DNA of 64,000 nt, from the NCBI RefSeq assembly GCF_902459465.1, contig NC_047062.1:11656001-11720000 (forward strand). Reading direction: 5' to 3'. Below are positions 1 to 12,559 of the stretch, in pieces. The stretch's first letter is position 1; each line of letters starts with the position of its first letter. The DNA is from Asterias rubens (Eukaryota). The position numbers were made by a program, and so were the translations under genes. The notes under the pieces are model-generated. The model had not been told where the DNA came from, ran no database searches, and saw only the letters and a list, made by a program, of their open reading frames with translations.

Positions 1-216
1 AGGTCAAATTGATATAATTACATAAGGGAGTTGCTTCAAATTGTTATTACGGGGTCCTCAAGTGAAGAAAAAATAACTCTTCCTCACTGTTTTTTTTCTT
101 CTTCTTCTTATGCCTACCTAAATGCCCAACCAATCTAATCAATTTGTGTCCTGATTTCCTTTTTTGACCCTTTTTTTCTTGCTTCTTCCCTCTCTCTCCC
201 ATCTGTGACTGTCCAG

Positions 217-290
217 GGAGAAGGAGCATGACTTGGAGAGGAAATTTGAGATGTTGAATCGGGAGCTGCGGAAGATGATGGAGATTGAAG
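217..290 (+). CDS. EHBP1: EH domain-binding protein 1, internal coding exon (bMERB domain part)
   Basis: Polypyrimidine tract plus gtccag acceptor (AG 215-216) and GAAG|gtaagg donor. Translates (x)EKEHDLERKFEMLNRELRKMMEIE(D), matching the EHBP1 bMERB motif EKEHDLERR.ELLNRELR.M..IEDWQKT. Confidence 0.95.
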
Positions 291-653
291 GTAAGGGTAG
301 TAGAAGATGGTTGTGTCATCTTGACGTCGTCCATCTCAAGTAATGAAGATGAGACAATGAGTTGAGAAGCGGGTCTGTCTATGTGAAACTCAATTCTTAA
401 AGGAGATGTTATCCGAGATGAGATCAAGTTTGAGAGATTGAATTAATTTGATGATGTTTTGATTTGACTTAATTGATACAATAGTATCTAGACAGATTCC
501 ATTCTGGGAGATTAGAGGGTTTTGTTTGGAAGACTGCTGAGATTGAAAAACAATCTGCAAAAGTAGCACTACTTTGTAAAAATCTACTCAAAGTAGACGT
601 TCACTCACCAGGAACAAGGGGCTGTACCCAAATCCAATGCAACCAAAGGCCTG

Positions 654-946
654 TTAAAGGGATGGTATCTGATTGGTAATCACTCTTTTAAAATTAATGG
701 CAGTAAGAAACTTTTGGATTAGAGGCCTACAGCAGTTTTGGATATTAAAAAGCATTTCTAAAAAACATTTCACACAGAAGTGATGTTGTTAGGTACAAAA
801 AAAAAAATTTTTTTGAATCTTTGAATCTGAGTACCGGTAGTTGTGTTTTCCAATAACCTTGATTATTCTTTCTGCATGGACGAAATCGCTGCGGCATTTT
901 TGAAGATATCTCAATTCCAAAAACCAAAGGTATACAATCCCTTTAA
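654..946. mobile_element. MITE family E (TTAA|AGGGAT...ATCCCT|TTAA), Kolobok-like, in an EHBP1 intron
   Basis: Imperfect terminal inverted repeats AGGGAT(G/T)GTAT...TTGGT flanked by TTAA at 654-657 and 943-946. Confidence 0.65.
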
Positions 947-1058
947 GGTAACTGATTTCTTAAGCAGGTATGCAAATCAAATACAGAAAAGTACAATTTA
1001 AAAAATTCCTTTAAAACAAGTGAGATGAAACTGAAGTCTCTTTCTACACTCAAAACAG

Positions 1059-1173
1059 ATTGGCAAAAGACCGAGGAGGAGAAAAGACGAGAGCAACTCC
1101 TTCTTGAAGATCTTGTCATCTTGGTCAACAAGAGAGACGAGTTAGTTCAGCAATTAGACGCCCAAGAAAGGGA
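1059..1173 (+). CDS. EHBP1: EHBP1 penultimate coding exon (bMERB domain)
   Basis: caaaacag acceptor and GA|gtaagt donor. In frame with the previous exon: (D)WQKTEEEKRREQLLLEDLVILVNKRDELVQQLDAQER(E). Confidence 0.95.
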
Positions 1174-1202
1174 GTAAGTAGATGAAGATAAACTAGGAGT
1201 TA

Positions 1203-1547
1203 TACACTATTGGTAATTACTCAAAATAATTGTTAGCATAAAACACTAGCTTGGTAAGGAGCAATGGAGAGCTGTTGATAGTATAAAACGTTGTAAGAAA
1301 CAGCTCCCTCTTAAGTAATATAGTATTCGAGAAAGAGGTATTTTTTCACTCAAATGTTAAAAGACTTCTGGTCTGAAGCGCTTTTTAGGCATCTGAAAGC
1401 ACACAAATTGGTGCAAAAAGGGTGTTTTGTTGTTCTTTATTCTCTTTGAAGAACAATTGAGTCAAAATTTCACAGATTTGTTATACAGCATACACCAAGT
1501 GAGAATACTGGTCTTTGACAATTACCAAAGGTGTCTAGTGCCTTTAA
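1203..1547 (-). mobile_element. MITE family A copy (TTAA|AGGCACTGGACAC...), Kolobok-like
   Basis: Ends ...ggtctttgacaattaccaaaggtgtctagtgcctttaa and shares internal sequence with more than 10 other copies in the window. Confidence 0.85.
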
Positions 1548-2329
1548 AGACATAATAAAAATAAATATGAAAGTATTGACTCTCAATCCAGTTGAGTGGA
1601 GTTGTGGCAAAGCTTTCCATAAATTGGTGGAATGGATCGATGAAAAGTATCCGACACCCAATGTTTGTAGCTTGTTGGTCGTAAGGGAAAGAAACGACAT
1701 CAGCCTGGGAACAAGTCACAGCGTCACCTTTGATCACTAAGAGAATTTTTTCTTAAAATGTTAGTTCTTGTGTGTAATAGTTTGACCATTTCCTGTTTTT
1801 ATAAGTAAAATCCGACCCCATGGCTGTGTTTAATAGTATTCAACCTCAAATGGCTTTTCAACCCTGAAAAGAAAAGAAAGTATGTTTTAAATAAGTAAAG
1901 TGCTTGTACTGCAGGGGGGGGGGGGCTGCATCCATAAACCTTTTCGGATTTTTTATTTGATTTACTTATTTTATTTTAATTGTTATCATTCTTCTTCTTT
2001 TTATGGGGGGGGGGGTGCTTCGGTCAGAAGATAATATATTCCGCTATACAATTTTCTTCCTTTTTGTTGACAAATCTCTGACGCGATATGCCATTCACAA
2101 ATCCCCGGCATTATATATTTACGAGTCCCAGTGGTCCCTGATTGACCATAGACTCAGAGTAGCTCAAAGCTTCCAAGTTGTCATTTATTATTTTTTCTTT
2201 CTCCCTTCCCTTCCTGCTGAGCCACAAGGCATCAATCATTGTTTAGTGGTCGTTTCGTTTCATTCGCCAAAAAAAAAAAAATTAACTTCCCCCCTTTACC
2301 TGTATTAGCACCATCAGGTGGCCGTGTAC

Positions 2330-2780
2330 TGACGTTATTTTAAAGAATTTCCATTCCGGCTTTTAGAAACTCTTCCGTGCTGCCTCGAGACGTCCTGCCG
2401 AAATGTTACTGTTTGTGGGGGGGAGGGGAGAAAATGTACAAAATCGAGCAGTCAGTGCCATCAATGAAATGTTAATGAACGTAGGATTACGAGTGCTTGA
2501 TGAATTTTTCATCGGCGAGTACAGTCTAACTTTGATTCCTTTTGTTGGGTCTTTTGATGGGGACCGGTGCATCAGTGAAATAGGACACTTGGGAGGGCCG
2601 TGATTACGAGGATTAGTGCCCGAGCTGAGGGAGGCTATCGACCCCCCTACATCGGGCTGGATGGTCCAGGAGCAATGGAAGGAGAGAGGGGGGTTGAATC
2701 CAGCCAGGGACCTCGTGGGCTGTGTATCGTATGATTTACAGGCACATTAGCATGAATTTTTAAAGTCATTATCCCAAGCT
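2330..2780. promoter_or_regulatory. candidate enhancer in the last EHBP1 intron
   Basis: Non-repeat GC-richer island with GGATTA at 2484 and 2610, CTTTGAT at 2530 and TGATTTAC at 2732. Confidence 0.35.
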
Positions 2781-3189
2781 CAGATGTTCTGGAAAATACC
2801 CTGCCCATTAAGTACAAGCAAATAGAGCGGTATTAAGAAGTCCGCTACCGAATGATTTATGTCCAGGTTGTCTCCAGCTAGTCGTTTTTAATTGATCGGG
2901 GTTCATACTCTACCCTCAAAGATTCAAGCTTCTTTCTCTATTTTTTATAGCCTAAGAAGAAAAAAAAATACACAAATTATTAAAAAGGCTTTCTTAAAGA
3001 ACTGTACAAAGCGTTTTGGGTCAGTAGATGCTACAAATTTTCAGGCACAATGGAAGAAAGAAAATCAGCTTCATCTGAGGTGAACAAGTTCATGTGAGCT
3101 AGGTTACCATGTCACTTTTATTCCCCATAAAGTGCACAAATGAAAATCAAAAACCCTGTGGGTGTTTTATTGTCGCACTATAACTAAAG

Positions 3190-3620
3190 GCTCTGCTAAG
3201 GGTTTGCAGTGGGTATCCTATCCCTCTGTGGCAGCAGCTACAGCTTTAGCTACGGCTGTTGCTCTGGCTATGGCTGCTGCTAAGGGTTTGCAGTGGGTAT
3301 CCTATCCCTCTGTGGCAGCAGCTACAGCTTTAGCTACGGCTGTTGCTCTGGCTATGGTTGCTGCTAAGGGTTTGCAGTGGGTATCTTATTACTTAATGAC
3401 AGCAGCTTTGGCTACAGCTATGGCTGTTGCTCTGGCTAGCTCTGGCTACAGCCATGGCTAGCTCTGGCTACAGCTGTTGCTGAGGGTTCTGCTGTTGGAA
3501 TTCTATCCCTCTGTGAATTGTACAGCTGTTGATATGGCTACAGCTGTTGCTTAGGGTGCTGCTATCTACAGCTGTTGCTCTGGCTATGGCTGTTGCTAAG
3601 GGTTCTGCTATGGCTATCCC
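3190..3620. repeat. 84-bp minisatellite built from GCTACA/GCTCTG/GCTATG hexamers, degenerating 3'-ward
   Basis: aagggtttgcagtgggtatc recurs at 3198, 3282 and 3366 (period 84). Confidence 0.9.
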
Positions 3621-3752
3621 ATCCCTCAATGCTCTTTCACTTGACAGAGCTACAGATTCTAATTCTACAGGACCTAGTTGTTAAAAATGATCCATAGTAT
3701 AAATGATAGGAAAAATAATCTTACTTTAATATGTATTTGTTTGTGTCCACAG

Positions 3753-3834
3753 AGCGGAAGAGGAAGCAGAATATCTAGACAACATGCTGAGGAAACGGAG
3801 CAGACGGAAGGAGGAGAAATGCTCCATTCAGTAA
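3753..3834 (+). CDS. EHBP1: EHBP1 terminal coding exon ending in a CaaX motif
   Basis: tttgtgtccacag acceptor with matching phase. Translates (E)AEEEAEYLDNMLRKRSRRKEEKCSIQ*; vertebrate EHBP1 ends ...KEEKCVLQ. Confidence 0.95.
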
Positions 3835-6800
3835 CTACACTCTAGCAGTCAGGGGCCCAGACTTGGCTAGTTGTCAAAAACTCTCTGAACGCCCCCCCCC
3901 CCCCCTCACCCAATGCATGGAACAAAGCGCTTGGCATAGACAAATCTTGCTCAGAAGAAGCAGGTTACCAGCTGAACAGCCAAGTAAAGCATTCTGTTTG
4001 TAACTGGTTCCCTGCGATGATTTTGCTTATCAGAAGGTTTTGCTTAGCAATGTTCTCTGCTTAACGGCTTGAAGGAAAGATGCAATTCTTGGGAGATGAA
4101 TGGATGGATAGTCTGTTATTAAAATAAAAAGTCCTGATATAATTGGGATTTAAAAAGATTGGATAATTGACGTAATAGGAAAATTACAGATATAAATCAA
4201 ATATGGCACAGCATTGTTGGTGGTTCTAAGAGTGTTTGAAAGATGGTTGAAGGGTCAGTACAGGTCAATCACCTAATTAGAATACCGTCAGATCATGGTG
4301 ACCAAATGAAAAGAAAGCCTACGAGGGAGACTCTGCTAGGGTCGAAACTAAGGCCATTAACTTTGTTTTGCATTTATTATTAAGTTATTATTATTATTAT
4401 AATGAGCTGTGGTTGTTTTGAAAAGAATCGGTAGTGTAGCAACTCTATGTTTAAATCAGTATGATCTGATCGTCTTCAGGAGATGGCTGGACCCTGAGAA
4501 TTGTTTTTTTTTTTTCTCACAATGGATTCATACATTGTTTAAGTTTTTTTTACACAAAAACCAAAGAATAGAAACGAGTTTGCTCTCCCAAAGGCCAATG
4601 TTGTACCTATACCCAGTTTAGCTTGTGTTTGCACAGACCCCAAATGGTTTGAATTCCCTGTCATTCTTGTCTGACAGAGAGTGAACAAAATGACTTTTAT
4701 GTAATCATCACTGTGTTCATATCGTTGCAATCAGTTGAACTGTTGGCCCATGACTAATGATGCAACACAGCAGTTGTAATGCGAGAGACAAATGATGTTT
4801 GTCACTATTGTTTTAAACATCGAGTTGACAATATTTCCCTTTCTAAACTACACTGATGGAATAAATCACAGGTTAACTATAAAAGACAAACCCCCCAAAA
4901 ATTTAATTTACATTTCCCAACGCCTTGTTTCCATCTGACCAAATGCCTGACCATCAGAACTAACCTGCAGAGACGAGAGACGTGTTTTGTTGCTCTCTGA
5001 TTTGTAGTGCAAGGTTTGCGGATGACCAGTCATTCCATCCCCCCCCCCTTCATTGATGGCTTTTCAATTGCTGTTCACCCTTCATACATCTGTTCAAGTC
5101 CTTCCACCCTGATGCACATTCACCACCGCAAGTCATTAAAATACAGCTTTTTCCCTCTTTCTAAGTCCCGAAGCACTTAGGAATTATCAAGGATTTGCTA
5201 TTCATGCAAATGTAAGAAAAGATGTCTTTTTCGCTGAGTGATTTTTTTTCCTTCGTCTTTTCATCTTGTTCTTCTCGCTTCTTTGCAGCAAACAGTATCA
5301 GTTTGTTTTCCCCTAATACTTCTCCCGCGCATCCTGTCTGACTTTGGGGTGTATTCTTTGTGTATAATGGGCTGGCCATTAGTTAAGGCAAATGTTATCT
5401 CTGGGACTTTAAGCGGCAGTGTGCGAGGCTGGTTTTTTATTTGGTTTTGATGTGTTTTTAGCGACATTGGTGAGCAGGGATGTTGTTGGCTCGCGGAGTC
5501 CATCCACACTGTCCATCGGGAAGGATTACCGGTCAAAGAAAGAAAAGAAACCACAAATTTGATGGCTGTTGTTTTGTGGTAATTCTTGTGTATTCTATGG
5601 CTTGTTAAGGGCAGGTTTAAAATTTAAGACCTCTGTGTGTTTGTGGATACGTTGATTTGTTGTTAATATTACGCATTCACATGGTTTTGACTGGTTCATT
5701 GTGACTATAGTTAGGGATACTCTTCTACTGTTTTGTGTACTACAAAAAGTGGAAGTGCGTGAGTCTTCGCTGTTTACAATTTGGTTTTTGCTTGTTGTCT
5801 TCGAATTGTATGAAATTTGATGATTTGAAATATGCGGAAAGGTTATTTTAGCCTTTGAGAAAGACTGCTAGTGTCGACACGTCAGGATTTGTCAATTTTG
5901 TTCAATGTTTTTTTTTCTTTTTCTTTTTTCTTTTTTACATTTTTTTTACAAGAAATAAGTTTCTTTAGTTTTTTCCCCATGATGTTGAGAGAGTGCCTGG
6001 AATGTCTTTCAAACAAAACAACCATTCAGCATTTTCGTAGAGTTTAGTTGACCCATATGAAAACTTTCAAAAGAAATATTTGTGTGAAACATTGAGTTCG
6101 TGTTAAAGATTCTTCAGACCAAGTTATGTTTTGAGTTTACACTTCGTCAGAATTATAAACACTCTTGTTTATGGTTTGTGAAGCTAGATATTCAAGTTTA
6201 TTGCAAGATGTTATTTAAAACAAAATAATCGAAATAAGGGTGTTTTCTTCTTCTTCTTCTTTGCCGGTAAAATAAATTATTGTAAAGGGTTGTTTATGTT
6301 GTTCAAAAGACGAAAGTAAAGAAACAAGTGTTTCAAAAGAAACAGTAACAATGCATTATGTGTCTCGAAAAGTTCAATCGAATTTGAAACTTTAAAAAGT
6401 AAAAAAAATATATATATAAATTTGTTGAGGTCGATGTGTTGTAGGTTTTCCTTTAAAAGTGTATTGCCCTGCGGTGGTGTATGTATCATTTTGTGTTATT
6501 GATAAAGACAAAACATTGTGGGTACCGTCCCATATGTTTTATATAGTTATGGTTAAGTCGTGTATCTTAAACAAACAAAGAGATGACCGGATAAAATAAT
6601 GTTTTGCCTGCGTTAATGAAGTCAACAAACCATTTTTTTTTTAGAAGAAAATAAAAACGTTGCCGCGTAATGCAGAGAGCAAAGTTTAGTGCCTTTTATA
6701 TTATTCCAAAGTCTTGCGCGTGATACATTGTAACTGTCCAAGTTAATGATTATATTATGGGCATTCAAACTTTGATATTGTTACGTAACGCGCATGGTAT

Positions 6801-7180
6801 AAAGTATATATATTATGTGATAATAGAGTTTACTGTTTAAAAAAATGATTGACAGTTATGGGTGTATGTACATATAATGATATTAAACACTGTGGGTAAT
6901 GTATACACGGGAGGTTTTCAGAGTCTATTTTCAACATGGTTTTGTTTGTGGTGTTATAATGTTATATAATTATCTTCCCGTGAAAGGGAACTAAAACTAA
7001 AAACTGCATTTTTGGAAAGGCTTTTAGGTAGAGGACAAGCTGTACGAAAGATGCACATAGTTAATTAATGTATAATTCACAATTAAGCAACTCAATTTGT
7101 AATTAACAAACACACAATAATGGACTGGATTAGTTCGTAATGTATATAGAAATATCGATATTTTGCCGCCTTAATAAAAA
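3835..7180 (+). other. probable long EHBP1 3' UTR, end not determined
   Basis: T-rich non-coding sequence after the stop codon, with AATAAA at 4123, 4860, 6271, 6650 and 7173. The site actually used cannot be chosen from sequence alone. Confidence 0.35.
4316..4348 (-). mobile_element. short retroelement-terminal fragment (Penelope-like, tentative)
   Basis: gactctgctagggtcgaaac is the reverse complement of gtttcgaccctagcagagtc at 20101-20120. Confidence 0.4.
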
Positions 7181-9269
7181 AAACAAGTGCAAGATTTGCG
7201 TAAGTTATTAAGAAAAATTCAACTAACGGGAGTAAATGCCTAACTAAATATTAATGAATGCATCTTTTGCTCTGGGGTATGGCCTGCTCTTTGGAAAATA
7301 TTAAGCATTACAGGTGTGCGAAACCCAAATAACCATACCAGAAATCCTCGAGGGTAAAACTACCGGACGGTAGGGCATCAGTTTTGTCAACTTCTACTTC
7401 AGCTTGGTCAGGCCTAGGAGAATATACTGGCTCAACTTGCGATCTTTTTTACTGTGCGAAACTATTGTTTTTATTGGTTCATGAAAGACCTTTCCCACGC
7501 AACAAACCAAACTTGATAAACAGAAATTTGGGTACTGAAATAAATTCCCGAGAAAAATTAGGAATTCACAAACTAAAAGCCATACTCTTTGCATACAACA
7601 ATCGGCTCACAGTGTCTGATGTTTGCAAAATACCCGATGTTGTACCTTCTTAATCTTAGCCATGCTGGTTATGAGTGATAGGTTTGTCTGCTTTAATATC
7701 CCAAGCCTGTGTCCGCCATATTGTCTATTAATTTATTAATTATTCAATTCAATTATTTAACAAAAAAAACTTAAACTAGCACTCAAGAGCCATGCTATGT
7801 TCATGTTGTCATAAAATATTGGCTCATGACGTACCTTAATCTAAACAATACAAAGCGTAACTTATTTTAAAAATTTATTAAACCGAGTTAAGACTCATTT
7901 CAGTTGTTATTTTTCGTCTCTCTTTTTTTTTTTAAATGTAGACCAGATTCTGAACCCAACAACAACAACAAAAACCCTCCCAAAAATCCCCCCTGTTAGT
8001 GTATGTGGTCATTGAGTTATAAGAGCGTTTATGCTACGAACAAAATTGTATTAAAAGTATATGGCTAAGAAAAACACGCTCCTGTCCGTACTGATGAGTG
8101 TTGCCTTTTCGTGCAATGAAATTAATAAGTACCCCCAGGACATAATCTACGGTCGGCAAGCTATTCCCGAGTGTCGAACACTTTGGGAAATAAGAGGTGA
8201 GAGCCTGAACATCCTACTTCATTTCAAACCAACTACGGGAGATTGAGTTCGGCTTGCACCGTACTCCAAAATGCCCTTGCGGGACCCTCCCTGAGTCTAC
8301 ACCGGCAATATCTCTAATTGTGTCCCCATCATAATCATGCTCCAACGAGGCGGTTGCCTTTTTGTTGTTATCTCTACACATGCCCCTGACTCTGTTCTCC
8401 TACCCAAGCTTTCTTTCTCCCTGCCTCTCTCCCCATTGCGACCAAAGTGTCAACCCGCCGTGAAAATTGTTGTTGCTGTGTTTGAGGGAAATTTAAATTG
8501 CTTGGTATTGTTGATTAATCGTGTCGCTTTAAGACCGTCACTTTGAGATACAGACGGGGGACAGGGAGAGGGGGGAAATCAAATCAAATTTAGATTTGGT
8601 GAACTCCGGGGGGACTGATTCCCATGTGTCCGTTGACTTCACCGCGGTAGACACGCTGCTTGTGTACCGTTAAAAGAAGCGGGGTGACGGCGGATTTGTC
8701 GGCTCAGAGAGTATCACTGTATGGGACATTCTCTGTATTATCAATTCATTTTCTTGTATTATAAGGGGGATATAATCTTGCCACAATCGGATAGTTTCAA
8801 AGAGGGTATCAATGCTGTACACAGCTATATTATTGGCGGTTTGTGAACACTGCATGCGTGCCCGAAAAATGCGCAACGTAGAATCTTATTGCAGGCTTTT
8901 GGGTGTCAATATCATAATTGTATTATAATGAAGATAATAAAACACGGGCGCCCCGACGGCGGTCATACACTATAAACATCATGGTGTCTTGTATTGTGAT
9001 CATTTCTGTGTGTTTGTGATCAGGTTCTTTTTACAGAGAGACTTTTCCAATGCATGCTTGACTGTGTCCGCGTCAAGAGCCTGTCAAATGAAACAATTTG
9101 CCCGTGTAGTTTAGTTCCGCGCGTTAACATGTTGATATCTTGTCACCATCTTGCTTTTTTTATTATCACGATTCACTGTCATTCATTTCAGTGTGAAAGT
9201 ACGACCTGCCTCGGAGATAGATAGTACACCAGGCTGATACAGCATGGAGGCCATATGATACCCCCCCCC

Positions 9270-9285
9270 CCCTCCCCCCTCTCTC

Positions 9286-9319
<34 letters not shown>

Positions 9320-9328
9320 CCCCTCCTC
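9270..9328. repeat. (CT)n microsatellite next to a poly-C run
   Basis: Seen directly. Confidence 0.95.
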
Positions 9329-10072
9329 CTACCGTATCCAACCATCTCATCCCCGTCGAGATAAGGTACCGAGGGGGTTGGAATATCTGGGAAAGTGGGG
9401 AGGAGTACGGAGATGGAGTGTATCACGATAATCATCTCGCGATTCATTTGGCAGCCGGGTACCATCAAGTACAGGTGCCCCAGGGTCCGGGTATAGTGTA
9501 TAGAGAGTAGACCGATACGTGCTCCTATCGTGTCCCTTCTGAGGGGGAAAGAGAAAAGGACAGAACGGATGCAGATGCGGGAGCTAAGGGAAGATGGTCA
9601 CTTCCTGATTATAGGGGCTTCATCTCCGTCCCCCATCCATCCAGGACTTCGCATGCAATCTGATGGGGCTGTGGACCATATGGAGAATGCAGGCCTATAC
9701 ACTTTTTTCTTGTTCACTGTTCACTGCACTTGTAAGGGAAATGTCAAGCCCTGATGTGGTTGAAGAATACAGAAAAGAGCAGTAGCTCTCATTGCAGAGG
9801 TTTAGTTGGGACCCCTTTTTAAATTGCAGGTCCCGCCTACCCCCGTAACAAACTACACGATAAGTTTATTTCCCCCAACTGACTGTTTTAAAGAGTGGAT
9901 GCCATTGTGTCTGAATACTTGTTCTTAGTTAATGCTACATTTTGCACTTGTCTATTCATATTACATTTGTCGATGTTGTATATTCTATTCTCTTTATTTA
10001 GTGACGTTGTTATTGTGTTAAGAATGCACTTGCTGAGTTTGATCTTATAAGTAATATAGTATTCCATTTACA

Positions 10073-10425
10073 GACAGTGGATACTATTGGCAGTTACTAA
10101 AAAAATTGTTAGCATAAAACCTTAATGAACAATGGAGAGATGTAATATAAAACACTGGAGAAACGGCTCCCTCTGATTTAGTATGGTTTTTGAGAAAGAG
10201 ATAAGGTCAAAATAATATCAAAATAATATTAAAACGCTTGAAGTCTTTTAATATTTTGTTTAGGCATATGAAAGCACACAAATGTGTGCAACAGTGGTGT
10301 TTTCTTTTTCATTATTCTCTATTGCATGATACTTAATTCGATGACCATTTGAGTTCAAGTTTTCACAGATTTGTTATTTTATGCATATGTTGAGATACAT
10401 AAAGTGAGAAAACTGGTCTTTGACA
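10073..10425 (-). mobile_element. MITE family A copy interrupted near its end
   Basis: Family A internal sequence to ...ggtctttgaca. A terminal remnant cctttaa reappears at 10545-10551. Confidence 0.8.
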
Positions 10426-10541
10426 GGGTTCGATTTAACACAGAGGTAGGATAGTCCGGGATATATTAAAACTGTAGTCTAGTCCTAAGTTAGAACGAAC
10501 TTGAGATAAGACTAGTCTTAACTCTTTGTGAAGTTCATCCC
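10426..10541. mobile_element. small palindromic MITE nested in the family A copy
   Basis: Imperfect inverted ends gggttcgatttaacacagag / ctctttgtgaagttcatccc with internal ctagtc motifs. Confidence 0.6.
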
Positions 10542-11111
10542 GTTCCTTTAAATCAACGTAATAGATTATTGCCAGTTACGGTGTTACGTGAACATGGAAA
10601 CTTTCTTTCTCAACAGCGTTTACGACGTGTTTTTCCCGCCCTTTTCTTTGGACATTCATATCAAACTGACCATGTAGCATATACGGGGGAAAATGGCGTT
10701 ATAATTTTACAGCTTTAATTATCAAACCAATTAGGAGGTGAAAATCCACAATACTCCAGTGTTTGGACAGTAAAATTAGTGGAGACGAACACCGATGTCC
10801 CTCTGCACTCTAATCCCCACCGCTGGCTAAAAAAGTTTTTTTTTTAAAAGGTCCAAAGAAAAAGGAGACGTCGTGGAAATCTCCTTGAGAGAGAGAGGTT
10901 TGTTGGGCTTCGGAAGGCTGTCATGGGCCCCCAAAGAAACTAACTCACGCCCCCCCCCCCCCATTCAATAGAAGAGGAACACCAAGGGTTTATCGAGAGC
11001 TCCGGGGCTTGATCATCTCTGTACTCATAAATCCGTAAAGCTTTAATATTATGACTCGTTTTGCTTTTCGGCAACCGATGTTCAATTGACGGCGTAACTG
11101 GCTCATAGTTT

Positions 11112-11355
11112 TTAAGGCACTGGTGCACCTTTGGTAATTGTCAAAGACCAGTATCCTCAATTGGTGTATCCCAACATATGCATAAATCTGTGCAAATTTT
11201 GACTCGATTGGTCATCGAAGTTGCAAGAGAATAATGAAAAGACACAACACTCTTGATTCACAATTTTTTTGTGATTTAAAATACCTAAAAATTGTTAAAA
11301 GACTTTCAATATTTGAGTGAGATATTACCTGTTTCTCGAAAACTATGTTACTTCA
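11112..11355 (+). mobile_element. MITE family A copy, 3' truncated
   Basis: Starts ttaaggcactggtgcacctttggtaattgtcaaagaccag. Confidence 0.85.
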
Positions 11356-11649
11356 TTATATTTTTTTTCATTTACTTACTTTTTTTACGGAAACTCAAAG
11401 ATGGAGACTTCTCCATCTGCCAAGAAGAGTTACTAAGATACCAAAACAAGCTCTCCGTGAGAGAAAACCAAAACTCGAATGTTAGTGTTGGTGCTGTCAT
11501 GCTAATTATCATTGGTAAGATGGAAACACTCAAAACAAGCATGTGTGTTAAAATTGACACCGTGGGTGTTGTCACATATTGATACCGAATGAGTAAAACA
11601 AATATAGTTTTGATCTCATGACACATACGATGATTGCCATGAATCTGAT

Positions 11650-11812
11650 GGCACTGGACACTATTGGTTGTTAAAGACCAGTATGCTAACTTGGTGTATC
11701 TCAACATATGCACAAAATATACCTGCAGAAAGTTTGAACTCGATATTGGTCATCGCAGTTGCAAGAGAGTAATGGAAGAAAAAAACACCCTTGTTCTACA
11801 AATTTGTGTACC
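11650..11812 (+). mobile_element. MITE family A 5' fragment
   Basis: ggcactggacactattggttgttaaagaccagt...aaaacacccttgt. Confidence 0.85.
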
Positions 11813-12559
11813 TTTAGATTTGATGTAACAATTGCATGAATGATTCGAATGTCACTCTTTGTAATAATGGGATATGTGGCTGCGAATACCAGGTTATACG
11901 TGACTCTGTGCCCCGACCAATCATTACCACCAATGCATACACCATGTATAGCATACACATTGTCATGAATGGCACAAGTATACTCGGACTATTTTCCTGT
12001 TCATGAAGTGTTTGTTTTTTGTTAGTGGCTGATTTCTTTCTCTTTGTGTGTGTGTTTCTTTCTTTGCAAAAACTGTTTACTTGTGTGTCGGTGAAACGAT
12101 ATTTCGTATTAATTTCCCCCCAACAAATCCACATTTGTCTCGAAAAAATACATTACTCGTAAAAAAAAGTTATGTTTGAAAACAGATGTCTGTATGCCTT
12201 TCAACTTCGTGGAGCATCAGAAATGAAGCTTTTTTTGGCTGCCAGGATCGTCAGAATTTGTTTGAACCGGTTAAAACGCGAACTTCACGCGATCTCACAA
12301 AAATTTCAGGTTTTATTTTCGCGCCAATAACTGTCATCAGTTGGACCATGCATGGAGGATGTATTTTCTTCCTCCATGGTTGGACAACCCCAGTGCTGTG
12401 TGTGTATGGGGGGGGGGGGGGGGCAGCGTCTCCCAACCGCTCAGCTTGATGGCTATTGCTCAAGATGTTCTAATGCTTATCCAAGCATGCCAAAGCTTCT
12501 CCACTGTCAAGTCAAATTCACCGAATTTCTGTAGTAAGAGTAGAAGAAGAAAACATTGA

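Noticed and set aside
47-427. 126-aa minus-strand ORF
   Set aside because: It is the antisense shadow of the EHBP1 exon and its polypyrimidine tract.
3162-3461. 99-aa Ala-rich ORF
   Set aside because: It is a by-product of the 84-bp minisatellite inside an EHBP1 intron and has no ATG start.
8091-8125. CTGATGA...GAAA hammerhead-like core
   Set aside because: Stem II is imperfect and stems I/III and a cleavage triplet could not be formed by eye. An Infernal search would settle it.
9346-9538. Minus-strand exon-like segment (good acceptor at 9539-9540, 63 open codons)
   Set aside because: The peptide is unrecognisable and no partner exon was found. The purine tract is equally explained as a GA-rich low-complexity element.
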